IMG/VR virus record: IMGVR_UViG_3300034375_009028
Strand: one strand, 5' to 3'
Source: a virus
Taxonomy: Duplodnaviria > Caudoviricetes
Length of the DNA stretch: 64,000 nucleotides
The notes under the pieces were generated by a model. That model did not search any database, was not told the DNA's origin, and saw only the letters and a list, made by a program, of their open reading frames with translations. Both the position numbers and the translations under genes were made by a program. Below, piece after piece: positions 1-9,069 of this stretch (position 1 is its first letter; each line of letters opens with the position of its first letter).

Positions 1-812
1 TGTATATCCCCACCATAACTTAGTATATCTTCTGCAGTATATTTTTTACTTTCATTCAACCACCATTTCCTTATACAAGTGGTTGCAAGAATATCATATA
101 TTTTATTGTGATAAGAACTTATAATAGAATCTTGATTTGATTCAAAAGTCATAGACCCATTATTATCATGTCCTATTGCCAATTTCTGATCTAAACAAAA
201 AAGTGGTAACGTATATGACTTACCTATTTGATAAAGTAAAAAATCATCACTACTATAAGATTCTTTAGGAACCATCATATCCTTCAAACTTTGGTCTAGT
301 TTAAATGTCCCATCTTCTTTTAAATGAACTTGTATTAATTTTTCAACAAAAAATCTATTTACCATAAAGCAAGCAGCAGAAGAGCAATGCCACTCCCTAG
401 GACTCAAATGCATTTTTAAATAGTGATCATGGCAGTGATAAAATTGAACAATATCCCAATTGTAGGGAAGGTTTTTGACTATATCATTCCAATCAAATGG
501 CCAATACTCTATAAGATCCAAACTCAAATCATCCTGCATTACCATAAGATGCTCAGAAATACCAGAGTTATACCATTCTATCAATAGAGTAAATTCATTC
601 ATTACAATAGATGCATCTGTTTTTGCAAGGAGCATTAAATCTAATTTATCTGCCCATTCATCAAATTTATCTACAGAAAATCTAGAGGAAGACCATCTAG
701 TATAATCAGTAATTCCCCATTTACTCAATTGATTTTCTATATGATTTTTTCTATCCTCCCTATGATCTAAATTCATGTAGACTATTGGAGGAAGTCCTTT
801 TAATTTGCTCAT
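1..812 (-). CDS. Glycosyltransferase family 25-like protein (3' end runs off window; absent from ORF track)
   Basis: Manual translation from ATG at 812: MSKLKGLPPIVYMNLDHREDRKNHIENQL...MQDDL...LPYNWDIVQF...GKSYTLPLF. GT25-like N-terminal 'Y.NLD.R.DR' and acidic DD motif; paralogue of 31300..32223; ATGA overlap with upstream gene. Confidence 0.7.
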   Translation of the reverse strand, partial: MSKLKGLPPIVYMNLDHREDRKNHIENQLSKWGITDYTRWSSSRFSVDKFDEWADKLDLMLLAKTDASIVMNEFTLLIEWYNSGISEHLMVMQDDLSLDLIEYWPFDWNDIVKNLPYNWDIVQFYHCHDHYLKMHLSPREWHCSSAACFMVNRFFVEKLIQVHLKEDGTFKLDQSLKDMMVPKESYSSDDFLLYQIGKSYTLPLFCLDQKLAIGHDNNGSMTFESNQDSIISSYHNKIYDILATTCIRKWWLNESKKYTAEDILSYGGDI

Positions 813-1399
813 TTAAAAACTTTCATACTAGGTAGATAAGGATACTTTTTATATGTCCACTTTTCTGGTTCAATATCCTTGACATTTTCAAATTTATTTA
901 TTCCTAATTCTGCAGTCTCTGGAGTCATATAATAATGATATCCAACAATATTAATATCTTGATCCACCCAAGAAGAATTAAAGTCTCTACCATCATACGA
1001 CATTTTCTTTAAAATGTCATAATCATTTTTATTATCCAATAATATAATTCCACCTCGACCCAAAGATAAATGCTTACTATGTTGAAAACTCAAACACATA
1101 TAAGTATTTTTTATATATCCGTTTTTTCTCCAGTAAGGAGCAGCATCTACAATATTAGTATTACCTATAAAATAATAATCTTCCCAATTTTCTTCCTTCC
1201 AACTCCAGTTACAAGAAAGTTTTTTAGCAGTAAATGGTACTGATATATAAGTTCTGGTTGGTATTATTATATCAGTAAATCCCTCATATCTTAAACAAAG
1301 CTCTATAGCATGAGTACAAGAGTCAACAGCAACCGCATAACTTGATCCAAAATAATTTGAAATTAAGATTTCAAATTGATCTACTTTTTCAAATCCCAT
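809..1399 (-). CDS. DegT/DnrJ/EryC1/StrS-family PLP-dependent sugar aminotransferase-like protein (short form)
   Basis: YAVAVDSCTHAIEL, DAA, and SFQHSKHL PLP-lysine motif followed by GRGG. Likely start is MGFEK at 1399. Confidence 0.8.
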   Translation of the reverse strand: MGFEKVDQFEILISNYFGSSYAVAVDSCTHAIELCLRYEGFTDIIIPTRTYISVPFTAKKLSCNWSWKEENWEDYYFIGNTNIVDAAPYWRKNGYIKNTYMCLSFQHSKHLSLGRGGIILLDNKNDYDILKKMSYDGRDFNSSWVDQDINIVGYHYYMTPETAELGINKFENVKDIEPEKWTYKKYPYLPSMKVFK

Positions 1400-2114
1400 C
1401 TTTGTAAGTCTCATAGTCATCCTTATATAATTTATTAAATTCTTCAGGATCTGGTTCTATAAACTGTTCGTATAATTTTTTACACACAGTTGTATAGTTT
1501 GGTATAAAGTTTTTAGAACTACGCAGATGTGGCAATTTTACAGGTTTAAAATTTAAATCTTTATCTATCAGTTTACTCTCCAAAAATAAATTTAACTTAT
1601 GTTTTAAATTTCCATCCATTCTTATAGTAGTCAATCTTCCACCATTTTCATTACATAATCTTGAAAATATTTTTTGGGGTACAGTATGCTCATCATAGAT
1701 ATATTTTTTATCAATTACCTGTTTAATTAACCAATCTGATGGTGGTTTATATCTACACATAAATTCATTTAATCCAGAAATCCATCTCTTCACAGGATCT
1801 CTACTAAAAGTAAAAAATTCATATCCATCTTCAACAAAAAATTTTGCTACATCATCTGGTTTCTTACCATTTAAAAAGTTTTCTAATGGGTAAAAATAAT
1901 AATTATCATTTTTAAATGCTGTTGTTATTGATGTACTTCCACACTTATCGACATGCATATAGACTAATTTATACCTGTCTGGAGACACATAACAATTTAA
2001 AAATCCCTCTTTAGGAGTCTCTCCAGTCTCTCCCTTTTGCAATTTAAACGAAAAAGTTGAGCAGTATTTACCGTACTGCTCAACTGCATCATCAATTACT
2101 GCCCTTCTTTTCAT
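1389..2114 (-). CDS. Sulfotransferase (Sulfotransfer_2/CHST-like)
   Basis: HVDKCGSTSI (5'-PSB loop-like), FSRDPVKRWISG (3'-PB-like), DEHTVPQ. Confidence 0.7.
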   Translation of the reverse strand: MKRRAVIDDAVEQYGKYCSTFSFKLQKGETGETPKEGFLNCYVSPDRYKLVYMHVDKCGSTSITTAFKNDNYYFYPLENFLNGKKPDDVAKFFVEDGYEFFTFSRDPVKRWISGLNEFMCRYKPPSDWLIKQVIDKKYIYDEHTVPQKIFSRLCNENGGRLTTIRMDGNLKHKLNLFLESKLIDKDLNFKPVKLPHLRSSKNFIPNYTTVCKKLYEQFIEPDPEEFNKLYKDDYETYKDGI

Positions 2115-2623
2115 AATACTACAGTTACTTGCATTGTGTATCTATTCTCAACTCCAAGATTTGCTGCCATATGAGGAACATCTTCTTGCCAAAAATGATA
2201 GTCACCTTTATTCCAATTTACAATAGGGTTTCTATCCAATTCAAAATAATGTCCAGATTTCCAATCATCCAAAAAGATTAAAATTCTTCCAACTATATCA
2301 CTTTGATTAAGATTATTTATTTGTCTATATCTAATATAATAATCTCTATGCTCTGGCATTATAGTTCCAGGAGGCATACAATAAACAGATAAACTTGACT
2401 GCTTAAATTTGATTTCTTTTTTAAGTTCTTTGACCAAAGAGTGGCACCAATCAGGAACACCTCTATACTCTTCTCTTAAAAGACCAGTATAATTTACATA
2501 AAGATGCCCCTGAGATTTCCAGGTGTTGACAATATCATTGTCAGGAAATTGTCTTCTGTCTGGATAATCTATATTCACATAATCTCCGATAAGATTTTGA
2601 TCTATATTACCACTCTTTATCAA
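2111..2623 (-). CDS. 2OG-Fe(II) oxygenase superfamily protein
   Basis: PPGTIMPEHRD (HxD), distal VPHMAAN and RYTMQV; typical cyanophage 2OG-Fe(II) layout. Confidence 0.75.
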   Translation of the reverse strand: MIKSGNIDQNLIGDYVNIDYPDRRQFPDNDIVNTWKSQGHLYVNYTGLLREEYRGVPDWCHSLVKELKKEIKFKQSSLSVYCMPPGTIMPEHRDYYIRYRQINNLNQSDIVGRILIFLDDWKSGHYFELDRNPIVNWNKGDYHFWQEDVPHMAANLGVENRYTMQVTVVL

Positions 2624-3984
2624 AACTTAAATCCTCCAAACTTACTTTCACTTCGTTCTTCTGTATCTTGACCAGAGTCAATAATGTCCTCTTGAGCATT
2701 CTGCTCACAATCATATAGTCTCATTTTAGCACGATCAATACCAATAATAAACCTCTTATTCACTGTAGGATCATTGTACCTATTCTTCAATTGCTTTACC
2801 ATAATTTGTCCCATCCCCTCAAGCTCATCTGTAGAAATAAGGGCAAACATAAGATCAGCAGTAGCAGGGAGACCAAAGGACTCAGAAGTGTCAGTAAGGT
2901 CAACATCACTGCTACCAAAACCAGAGCGAGTGGTCTGGGTGGCAGATACGATAGGGACCTCGGTCTCAACAGCCAACCCTCGAAGCTCTTCAGCAATAGA
3001 CTTGATATATGAATATGAATTGACAGTGCTGTTTCCGCGATACCTTTCGGAAGCACATATATTAAGGTAATCAACGAAAACAATATCAGGTCTAAATGAC
3101 TTCTTAAGTGCAAGTTCGTTAATAAGTGACCTAAAGTGTCCAGCATGAGCAGATGCAGTAGGATACTCTTTAATTATAAGTTGTCCAGTTGTCTTTGAAA
3201 TCAAATTATTAATTTTTGATTCAAACATATTTTCTGGAAGATCAGCTAGATCCTGAATAGGAACATTCAGGAGGTTTGCGTCAATTCTTTCAGCAATACG
3301 TTCTTCTGCCATTTCCATTGTAATGTACAGAACGTTCCTCCCTTGGAGCAGGACGGAGCTAGCCACATGGCACATGAATAGAGACTTGCCGACACCCGTA
3401 CCAGCAAGAGCGACATTAAGAGTTTTGTTAGGGAGACCGCCTTTGGTAATTTTGTTAAAGTATTCGAGATCAAATTCAATTTTCTCTTCCTTTTTGTGAT
3501 AGAAATCATAACGTTCTTTATAGTTTTGTAAGTAATCGTGACCAATATTATTATCAAAAGATACTGACAACGCATCTTGAAGAATGCTGGGAATTGCATC
3601 TTGGGATTTTTTACTATTTTGACCATCAGCAATGCCAATAGATTCCATCAAGGCAAGATAGATGGCCCGATCACGACACCACTTTTCAGTAGTGTTAACT
3701 AACCAATTATATTCACAAGTAACTTTCTCGGATAGCCTATCAATTAATATAGACACATCTTTAAATGAAGACTCATTTATATCAGTTCTATTAGATACTT
3801 CAATTCCAAGTGCTTCAATAGTAATCGGACAATTATATTTTGCAGCAAAAAAGTTTATTTCTTCAAACACCATTTTTTGACTAGGGTTTTCGAAATAATC
3901 TGATTCCAAAAATGGAAGTACTTTTCTTAAATATTCTTCATCATGAATTAAATTTTTTAAAATTGTCAGTTCAATAGTTTCCAT
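2620..3984 (-). CDS. gp41: Replicative DNA helicase (DnaB-like)
   Basis: Walker A AGTGVGKS, ITMEMAEE, VFVDYL, SATQTTRSG, KQLKNRY; T4-like position after uvsX. Confidence 0.97.
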   Translation of the reverse strand: METIELTILKNLIHDEEYLRKVLPFLESDYFENPSQKMVFEEINFFAAKYNCPITIEALGIEVSNRTDINESSFKDVSILIDRLSEKVTCEYNWLVNTTEKWCRDRAIYLALMESIGIADGQNSKKSQDAIPSILQDALSVSFDNNIGHDYLQNYKERYDFYHKKEEKIEFDLEYFNKITKGGLPNKTLNVALAGTGVGKSLFMCHVASSVLLQGRNVLYITMEMAEERIAERIDANLLNVPIQDLADLPENMFESKINNLISKTTGQLIIKEYPTASAHAGHFRSLINELALKKSFRPDIVFVDYLNICASERYRGNSTVNSYSYIKSIAEELRGLAVETEVPIVSATQTTRSGFGSSDVDLTDTSESFGLPATADLMFALISTDELEGMGQIMVKQLKNRYNDPTVNKRFIIGIDRAKMRLYDCEQNAQEDIIDSGQDTEERSESKFGGFKF

Positions 3985-3997
3985 AAATTAATTAAAT

Positions 3998-5017
3998 TTA
4001 ATTACCATAACTAAATTCTTCTTTTGCAATCTCGTCTAATTTTTGCATCACCTCTGGTGTAAAGTAAGTTTCGGGATCTTTGAGAATTTGTTTGGCATAG
4101 ATTTTTTTACCACCCATCTCATATCGACCTGCGACGTTCTTCCAGAGACCGCCCAGTTCACCGAGCTCAAGAAGACCGTAATATCGATCAAGACCACGCT
4201 CATCATAATACAGACGAACTTCCACATCTTTATTCTCCTTACTTAGACGCGACTTAGCAGTCTTTGCCTTGATAATGTTTCCAACAATTTCTGTTCCATC
4301 CTTTTCTTTCTTCTTGCCAAGATGAATGATGGTAGAGGCAGCGTACTTAAGACCACTACCACCGCCCATCTCTTTAGTAGGAACATAAGCGCCAATGACA
4401 TCGTAAGTGTGGTTAGTAACAATCATGGGAATGTTTGCTTGACCTAACTTGAGAGTGAGCATTCTGAACGCACCTTTGATTAGTTGGGATTTAGTCATGT
4501 CCCGAACTTGCTTGTCGTTGAGTGCGTCAGTAATCTCTTTCTCAGTAGAAAGCATACCTAGAGAGTCTAACACAAACATACAGGGTTTGCGTTCATCTTC
4601 AGGTTTTTTTAAGTATAGGTCAACTGCCTTAAGTGCCTTGGTACGGAATTCCTCAACAGTAACTACATTCACAACTACAAGGCGTGAGGTATCAATAGCC
4701 CTAGATTCAAGTAATGATTTGGTGATAGCTGCCTCAGTATCAAAATAGAGACAATAACCATCGGGATTGGAATCAAGAAAATTCTTAACAACGGCGAGGC
4801 TGAAGAAAGTCTTTCCAGTAGAAGACTCTCCAGCAATAGCAGTAATCTTATTGCCAGATACACCACCAAATATGCTACCTGAAACCAGTGCATTAAAAAT
4901 GTACGAACCTGTGTCCACATAAGTTTCAGTCTCATCAATTTCAGATGCAAGTTTGGTGTATTCATCACCAATCTCTTTTACAATATCTTTAAGAAAATCC
5001 ATTTTAATTACACTCAA
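3998..5017 (-). CDS. uvsX: RecA-like recombinase
   Basis: AGESSTGKT Walker A, YFDTE, VLDSLG, GGGSGLKYAAS. Confidence 0.97.
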   Translation of the reverse strand: MSVIKMDFLKDIVKEIGDEYTKLASEIDETETYVDTGSYIFNALVSGSIFGGVSGNKITAIAGESSTGKTFFSLAVVKNFLDSNPDGYCLYFDTEAAITKSLLESRAIDTSRLVVVNVVTVEEFRTKALKAVDLYLKKPEDERKPCMFVLDSLGMLSTEKEITDALNDKQVRDMTKSQLIKGAFRMLTLKLGQANIPMIVTNHTYDVIGAYVPTKEMGGGSGLKYAASTIIHLGKKKEKDGTEIVGNIIKAKTAKSRLSKENKDVEVRLYYDERGLDRYYGLLELGELGGLWKNVAGRYEMGGKKIYAKQILKDPETYFTPEVMQKLDEIAKEEFSYGN

Positions 5018-5030
5018 ATAAAATTATAAG

Positions 5031-7526
5031 TCAGGAAAAGAATGAATCAAGAGTTACTTTTTTTTCTACGTTCCAATTGATAGCATTCAAAATAGTTTTT
5101 AATGGTTCCAAAAAACTCTTATCAAATTGCAAATCATAATCCAAATATGAATTTAAACTTAATTCTTCAGGAAAGTCTTGGATAAAAGATATCACATTTT
5201 CCCTAATTGGATTTGGTTCTTTTAAATAACAGAATTTAATTTTCTCACCATTATTAATCAAAGAATATTTAGATTCAAGATTTTTTGTTTTAATCAAATG
5301 ATTAAACAAAAGAGAACCCCTTACATGAATAGGTGTTCCTTTTTTGTATATTGAGTTTGGACATTTATACTTTTGCACATCAGATGCTGTTCTAGGAAAT
5401 GCAATTGATTCTGCAGGCAGTTTTTTAAACTCACGTCTAGAATATTCAATAAAGTCAATGACTTCATCTTCAGTTCCATTCATCATAAGTTTTAGAGCAT
5501 CTTTAATCATTTGACGACAAGGAGCAGGAGTTGAAGACTTTACTGCCTCAATTCCCATAATCTTCAACTTTGGTTTTTCATAACGAACACCTTCACTGTC
5601 CCAAACGTTAAGGATGTACCGCTTCTTTGCAGTCCAGATACCACGGTCAGCGATATTCTCACGCTTCATAAACATCTTCTGATCATAAGCATTTACGTAG
5701 TCGGCCAACTCTTTGTAAGAACTTTCAATATACTTTTCAAGTTCCATCTCACAGACCTTATCAAGGAACGTGACAACGCTTTCAGTAGTTTTCTCTCTTC
5801 CCTGGTATACACGGTCAACAAAAGGACCCATATTAAGATAGATAGAATCAGTATCAGAAGCAATAACATAATCAACACCATCAGTTTTTAAAATCTTATT
5901 CAAATAAGAATTCATCTTACCCTCAATCCAACGAATAGAAACTTGACCAGACAAAGTAATTGCTTCTGCATTCGCAAGTTTAAAATAACGAAAGTATTGA
6001 TTTCCAATGGCACCATAAGCAGAGTTAAGAGAAATCTTCTTTGCCATCTGAATATTATTGCATCTAGCAATTTCTTTTACAAGTTCTTTACTTGGTTTTT
6101 TTTCATTCTCTTTTTTTGCTTCGATCATTTTTTTCTTAAAAATGACACGTTCATTATACATTTTTTCCATTAACTCTGGAAGAAATCCCCTTTTCTTGGT
6201 GTCGTAAAGAGCGCCGTTGGCACAAACAGTTTGACTAGAAAGATCACTAAAATCCAATTCTTTATTGAGAATTTTATCAACGGTTACTGATGGATGCCGT
6301 TCATCAAGAAGAGTCTCTGGTGAAATGTTGTACTGCATAATCAAATGAGGATACAGAGAGTTCAAGTCAAAATTGACAACCCAATCATACTTACCAGGAA
6401 TAGGTTCTTTGACATATGCTCCAGCGTACTTGGAATCCTTATCACTTTTTTCTTTTGGTGGAATAACAATATTCCTATCTTTAAGATAATTATAGATTAT
6501 TGTATCCCACATCCTCACCTGATAAAAGACATCTTCATAATTAACCTTAGCATCATATGCCATAGTGAGAGCAAGTTCGATGAGTTTCATCTTGTCTTCC
6601 AGGCGGTCAACAAGTTCCACGTCAATGATGTTGTATTCTACAAACTTTTGCCAACCATTGGTATAAAAGTCTTTGAACGTATCAAACTCACTGTGATCCA
6701 GTTTCTTCTGCCCCAGTTCAACATTAGCAATATGATCCAAGCGATAGGACTCTTGGTTGGTGTAGGTGAATTTCTTATAAAGATCTAGGTAATCTAATTG
6801 TGACATTCCACCAATGTCATAAGTCATTTGCTTTCTACCATTAATAAAAAGTTCCTTCTGAGTAACTAGTCCCCAAGGAGATAGTCTCTTCATTAACTTC
6901 TCTCCAAGAATCCTATCCATCCTCCTAACAATGTATGGAATATCATAAAGTTTACTATTCCACCCAGTCACAACTTCTGGAGTATTATCTTGCCACCAAG
7001 CAATAAAATCATTCAACAAATCATACTCATGATTAAATTGTTTGTAATAATGATTTCCTTGTTTTAATTCAAATGGTCCTTGTCCCCAGGTAATAATTTC
7101 TTTGGTAGCGTAATCCTGAATAGTAATCAATAAAATTTCTTCTGCTGCGGATTCTACATCTGGGAATCCATTCTCAGATGCAACCTCAATATCGATAGTA
7201 TAAAATTTGATTTTACTAATGTCAAACCTAATTTCTTTTTCCCTATAATTGTCAGAGATGTATTGATAGATGAACCTTTCGTTTCCGTATACTTTAAATC
7301 CTTCTACACCATCATACTTTTTAAAATATTCTTTACATTCACGTACAGATCCAGGTTTTATTGGTTTTACATATTCACCCTCCAAAGTTTTATAATAAGT
7401 TTCTACTTTAGAGGAAACAAAAAGAGTCGGAGAAAACTTCTCTCTGGTCATAAAACTCTTACCGTTTTCATAACCACGAACAAGAAATTGATCTCCGACC
7501 ATCTGGACGTTGGTATAAAACCTCAT
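5031..7526 (-). CDS. gp43: DNA polymerase (family B)
   Basis: Exonuclease DIEVASE; FDLNSLYPH; KISLNSAYG; ASDTDS; 831 aa, uninterrupted. Confidence 0.98.
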   Translation of the reverse strand: MRFYTNVQMVGDQFLVRGYENGKSFMTREKFSPTLFVSSKVETYYKTLEGEYVKPIKPGSVRECKEYFKKYDGVEGFKVYGNERFIYQYISDNYREKEIRFDISKIKFYTIDIEVASENGFPDVESAAEEILLITIQDYATKEIITWGQGPFELKQGNHYYKQFNHEYDLLNDFIAWWQDNTPEVVTGWNSKLYDIPYIVRRMDRILGEKLMKRLSPWGLVTQKELFINGRKQMTYDIGGMSQLDYLDLYKKFTYTNQESYRLDHIANVELGQKKLDHSEFDTFKDFYTNGWQKFVEYNIIDVELVDRLEDKMKLIELALTMAYDAKVNYEDVFYQVRMWDTIIYNYLKDRNIVIPPKEKSDKDSKYAGAYVKEPIPGKYDWVVNFDLNSLYPHLIMQYNISPETLLDERHPSVTVDKILNKELDFSDLSSQTVCANGALYDTKKRGFLPELMEKMYNERVIFKKKMIEAKKENEKKPSKELVKEIARCNNIQMAKKISLNSAYGAIGNQYFRYFKLANAEAITLSGQVSIRWIEGKMNSYLNKILKTDGVDYVIASDTDSIYLNMGPFVDRVYQGREKTTESVVTFLDKVCEMELEKYIESSYKELADYVNAYDQKMFMKRENIADRGIWTAKKRYILNVWDSEGVRYEKPKLKIMGIEAVKSSTPAPCRQMIKDALKLMMNGTEDEVIDFIEYSRREFKKLPAESIAFPRTASDVQKYKCPNSIYKKGTPIHVRGSLLFNHLIKTKNLESKYSLINNGEKIKFCYLKEPNPIRENVISFIQDFPEELSLNSYLDYDLQFDKSFLEPLKTILNAINWNVEKKVTLDSFFS

Positions 7527-7801
7527 TACTTCGTCATCTCATCGTATAGTTCTGACAGTCTAGCACTTGGTTCTGCCAGGGTCAAGATCTTATCACTATG
7601 AACTTCGAATTCTTTTTGTTTTGTTACTGAGGATAACCAAGGTTCTATAGTAGGACCCATTCCACCTACTGAAGATTCTTTTATCAAATATGGATCTTCC
7701 AATATAATATCTGGTTCTCCAAAATCAGAATCCTCTTTATTTTTAATTTTTGCAATCAATCTCAATCCACTTAAAAAAATTACCACCAGTTTCATTATCA
7801 A
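7526..7801 (-). CDS. Conserved hypothetical protein (small beta-rich family upstream of gp43)
   Basis: ORF with TAATG overlap to gp43; resembles neighbours 7798..8139 and 11425..11724 (K-L/I-hydrophobic-S/T-G start, PW motif). Confidence 0.6.
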   Translation of the reverse strand: MIMKLVVIFLSGLRLIAKIKNKEDSDFGEPDIILEDPYLIKESSVGGMGPTIEPWLSSVTKQKEFEVHSDKILTLAEPSARLSELYDEMTK

Positions 7802-8139
7802 ATATCCTCAGGAATAATAAGAGATTGCTCTTCAGTATCTTCAAATTCTTTTAAAATGTCTATAGTATATAAATTTCTAAGTTCATCTACTGGATCAATA
7901 AAAGTAACAATCCATTCTAGAGGAACAGGAAATCTGATTCCTTTCCCAAGAGGAATCCAAGGACTAAGATTAATATCAAATGATGCTTTTTTTGTTTCTG
8001 GATCGACTGTTGGATCGGAAGTAGTAACAATACATGGTTTAATCATAAAGTATCCAACTACTTTATCCTCATGAATCATCTCTTCAACCCTACTGATAAT
8101 CTGCTCACCAGTTTTGATAACAGCTAATTTAATTGCCAT
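7798..8139 (-). CDS. Conserved hypothetical protein
   Basis: MAIKLAVIKTGEQII...LSPWIPL; likely start 8139. Confidence 0.6.
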   Translation of the reverse strand: MAIKLAVIKTGEQIISRVEEMIHEDKVVGYFMIKPCIVTTSDPTVDPETKKASFDINLSPWIPLGKGIRFPVPLEWIVTFIDPVDELRNLYTIDILKEFEDTEEQSLIIPEDI

Positions 8140-8172
8140 AATTATTTTAAAGTATGATTTATACAATATCAG

Positions 8173-8214
8173 AAAAAATGGGAGGTGTCAACTGGATTTT
8201 GCCAGTTACCTCCC
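8173..8214 (-). terminator. Intrinsic terminator-like hairpin (possibly 3' end of an sRNA)
   Basis: GGGAGG-T-AACTGG-CAAAAT-CCAGTT-GACA-CCTCCC followed by ATTTTTT on the minus strand. Confidence 0.7.
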
Positions 8215-8249
8215 GTGGCATAGCGCCGACGATATTCAATTCTATTTAT

Positions 8250-8324
8250 TTACTTTTTAGGTGTGATGGCGAATGCTCCTCCCATTACAGCAGAAAAGAT
8301 TGCGAGTGTTGCTAAGATTCCCAT
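8250..8324 (-). CDS. 24-aa hydrophobic peptide MGILATLAIFSAVMGGAFAITPKK
   Basis: Manual translation; single TM-like segment with C-terminal KK; no clear SD. Confidence 0.4.
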   Translation of the reverse strand: MGILATLAIFSAVMGGAFAITPKK

Positions 8325-8337
8325 GGTTCAACAAGTA

Positions 8338-8421
8338 TTATGGTAGTGTGTTTGCGATAGGGACACCAATAAAAAGAGTCATCAATGTTCCAAATACTAG
8401 GGTAGTGGCGGTGTAGTTCAT
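8338..8421 (-). CDS. 27-aa hydrophobic peptide MNYTATTLVFGTLMTLFIGVPIANTLP
   Basis: Manual translation; GGAGG SD at 8429-8433, 7 nt before ATG; TATAAT at 8443-8448. Confidence 0.55.
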   Translation of the reverse strand: MNYTATTLVFGTLMTLFIGVPIANTLP

Positions 8422-8520
8422 AGTCCGTCCTCCAAAGTACATATTATATAGTCATTATGTATCATAGTGATACAAAAGTCTGTATTCATTGCTACTCATT
8501 TATACCTATTGTGTTAGGAT

Positions 8521-8955
8521 TTATAGATAATCTTTTCTATGGTGGTGCTCTGGAATAATCTTACCAAGAGTGACTGTTAAAAGCCCATCTTCAAAAACAA
8601 CTGATCTAACTTCCGTGTCGTCACTGAGAGTCCAGGCTCGTGTAAACGACCGTTGAGCCAAACCCTTATGTAGATAATTGACTTCCGTCTCCTTCTCCTC
8701 TTTCTGACCTTCGATAAACAGTTTTCCATCTTGAGTGTAGACATTTACTTCGGTTTTTTTAAATCCTGCCAAAGCAAGTTCAAGTTGGGATTCAGTTGAA
8801 CTCAAAGATATTAAATTATATGGTGGGTAATTAGAAGACGATTCGTGAAGATTAAAAATCCTATCAAAGTACTCATCCATACCAATGGTATTGCGAGTAA
8901 TTCGATCCATTAACTGATCTAAATTGGCAGCATTATACTTCATTAAAGTAGTCAT
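8521..8955 (-). CDS. hsp20: Small heat shock protein Hsp20
   Basis: NYPPYNL, LELALAGF, YLHKGLAQRSF, FEDGLLTV; alpha-crystallin domain; cyanophage core position after regA. Confidence 0.95.
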   Translation of the reverse strand: MTTLMKYNAANLDQLMDRITRNTIGMDEYFDRIFNLHESSSNYPPYNLISLSSTESQLELALAGFKKTEVNVYTQDGKLFIEGQKEEKETEVNYLHKGLAQRSFTRAWTLSDDTEVRSVVFEDGLLTVTLGKIIPEHHHRKDYL

Positions 8956-9014
8956 CTTTACTTCTCCTTTTAAAGCGAGATTTGATTGTGTGTACCCTTT
9001 TGGCGTACATACTA

Positions 9015-9024
9015 ATTATAACAC
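9015..9024 (-). promoter_or_regulatory. Extended -10 promoter (TGnTATAAT) for hsp20
   Basis: Minus strand GTGTTATAAT about 60 nt upstream of the ATG. Confidence 0.6.
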
Positions 9025-9030
9025 TTTCAT

Positions 9031-9055
9031 AAAAAAACGGGGTGTTGAACCCCGT
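9031..9055 (-). terminator. Intrinsic terminator after regA
   Basis: ACGGGG-TTCAACA-CCCCGT followed by a T run. Confidence 0.7.
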
Positions 9056-9069
9056 ATATTTATGTTCGG

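Noticed and set aside
2620-7526. Inteins or group I introns in gp41, uvsX and gp43 (also gp17, gp46, gp23)
   Set aside because: All ORFs are continuous and of ordinary length, with no splice or LAGLIDADG motifs seen.
8458-8474. Canonical NtcA box
   Set aside because: Spacing is GTA-N9-TAC, not N8; kept only as an unassigned palindrome.
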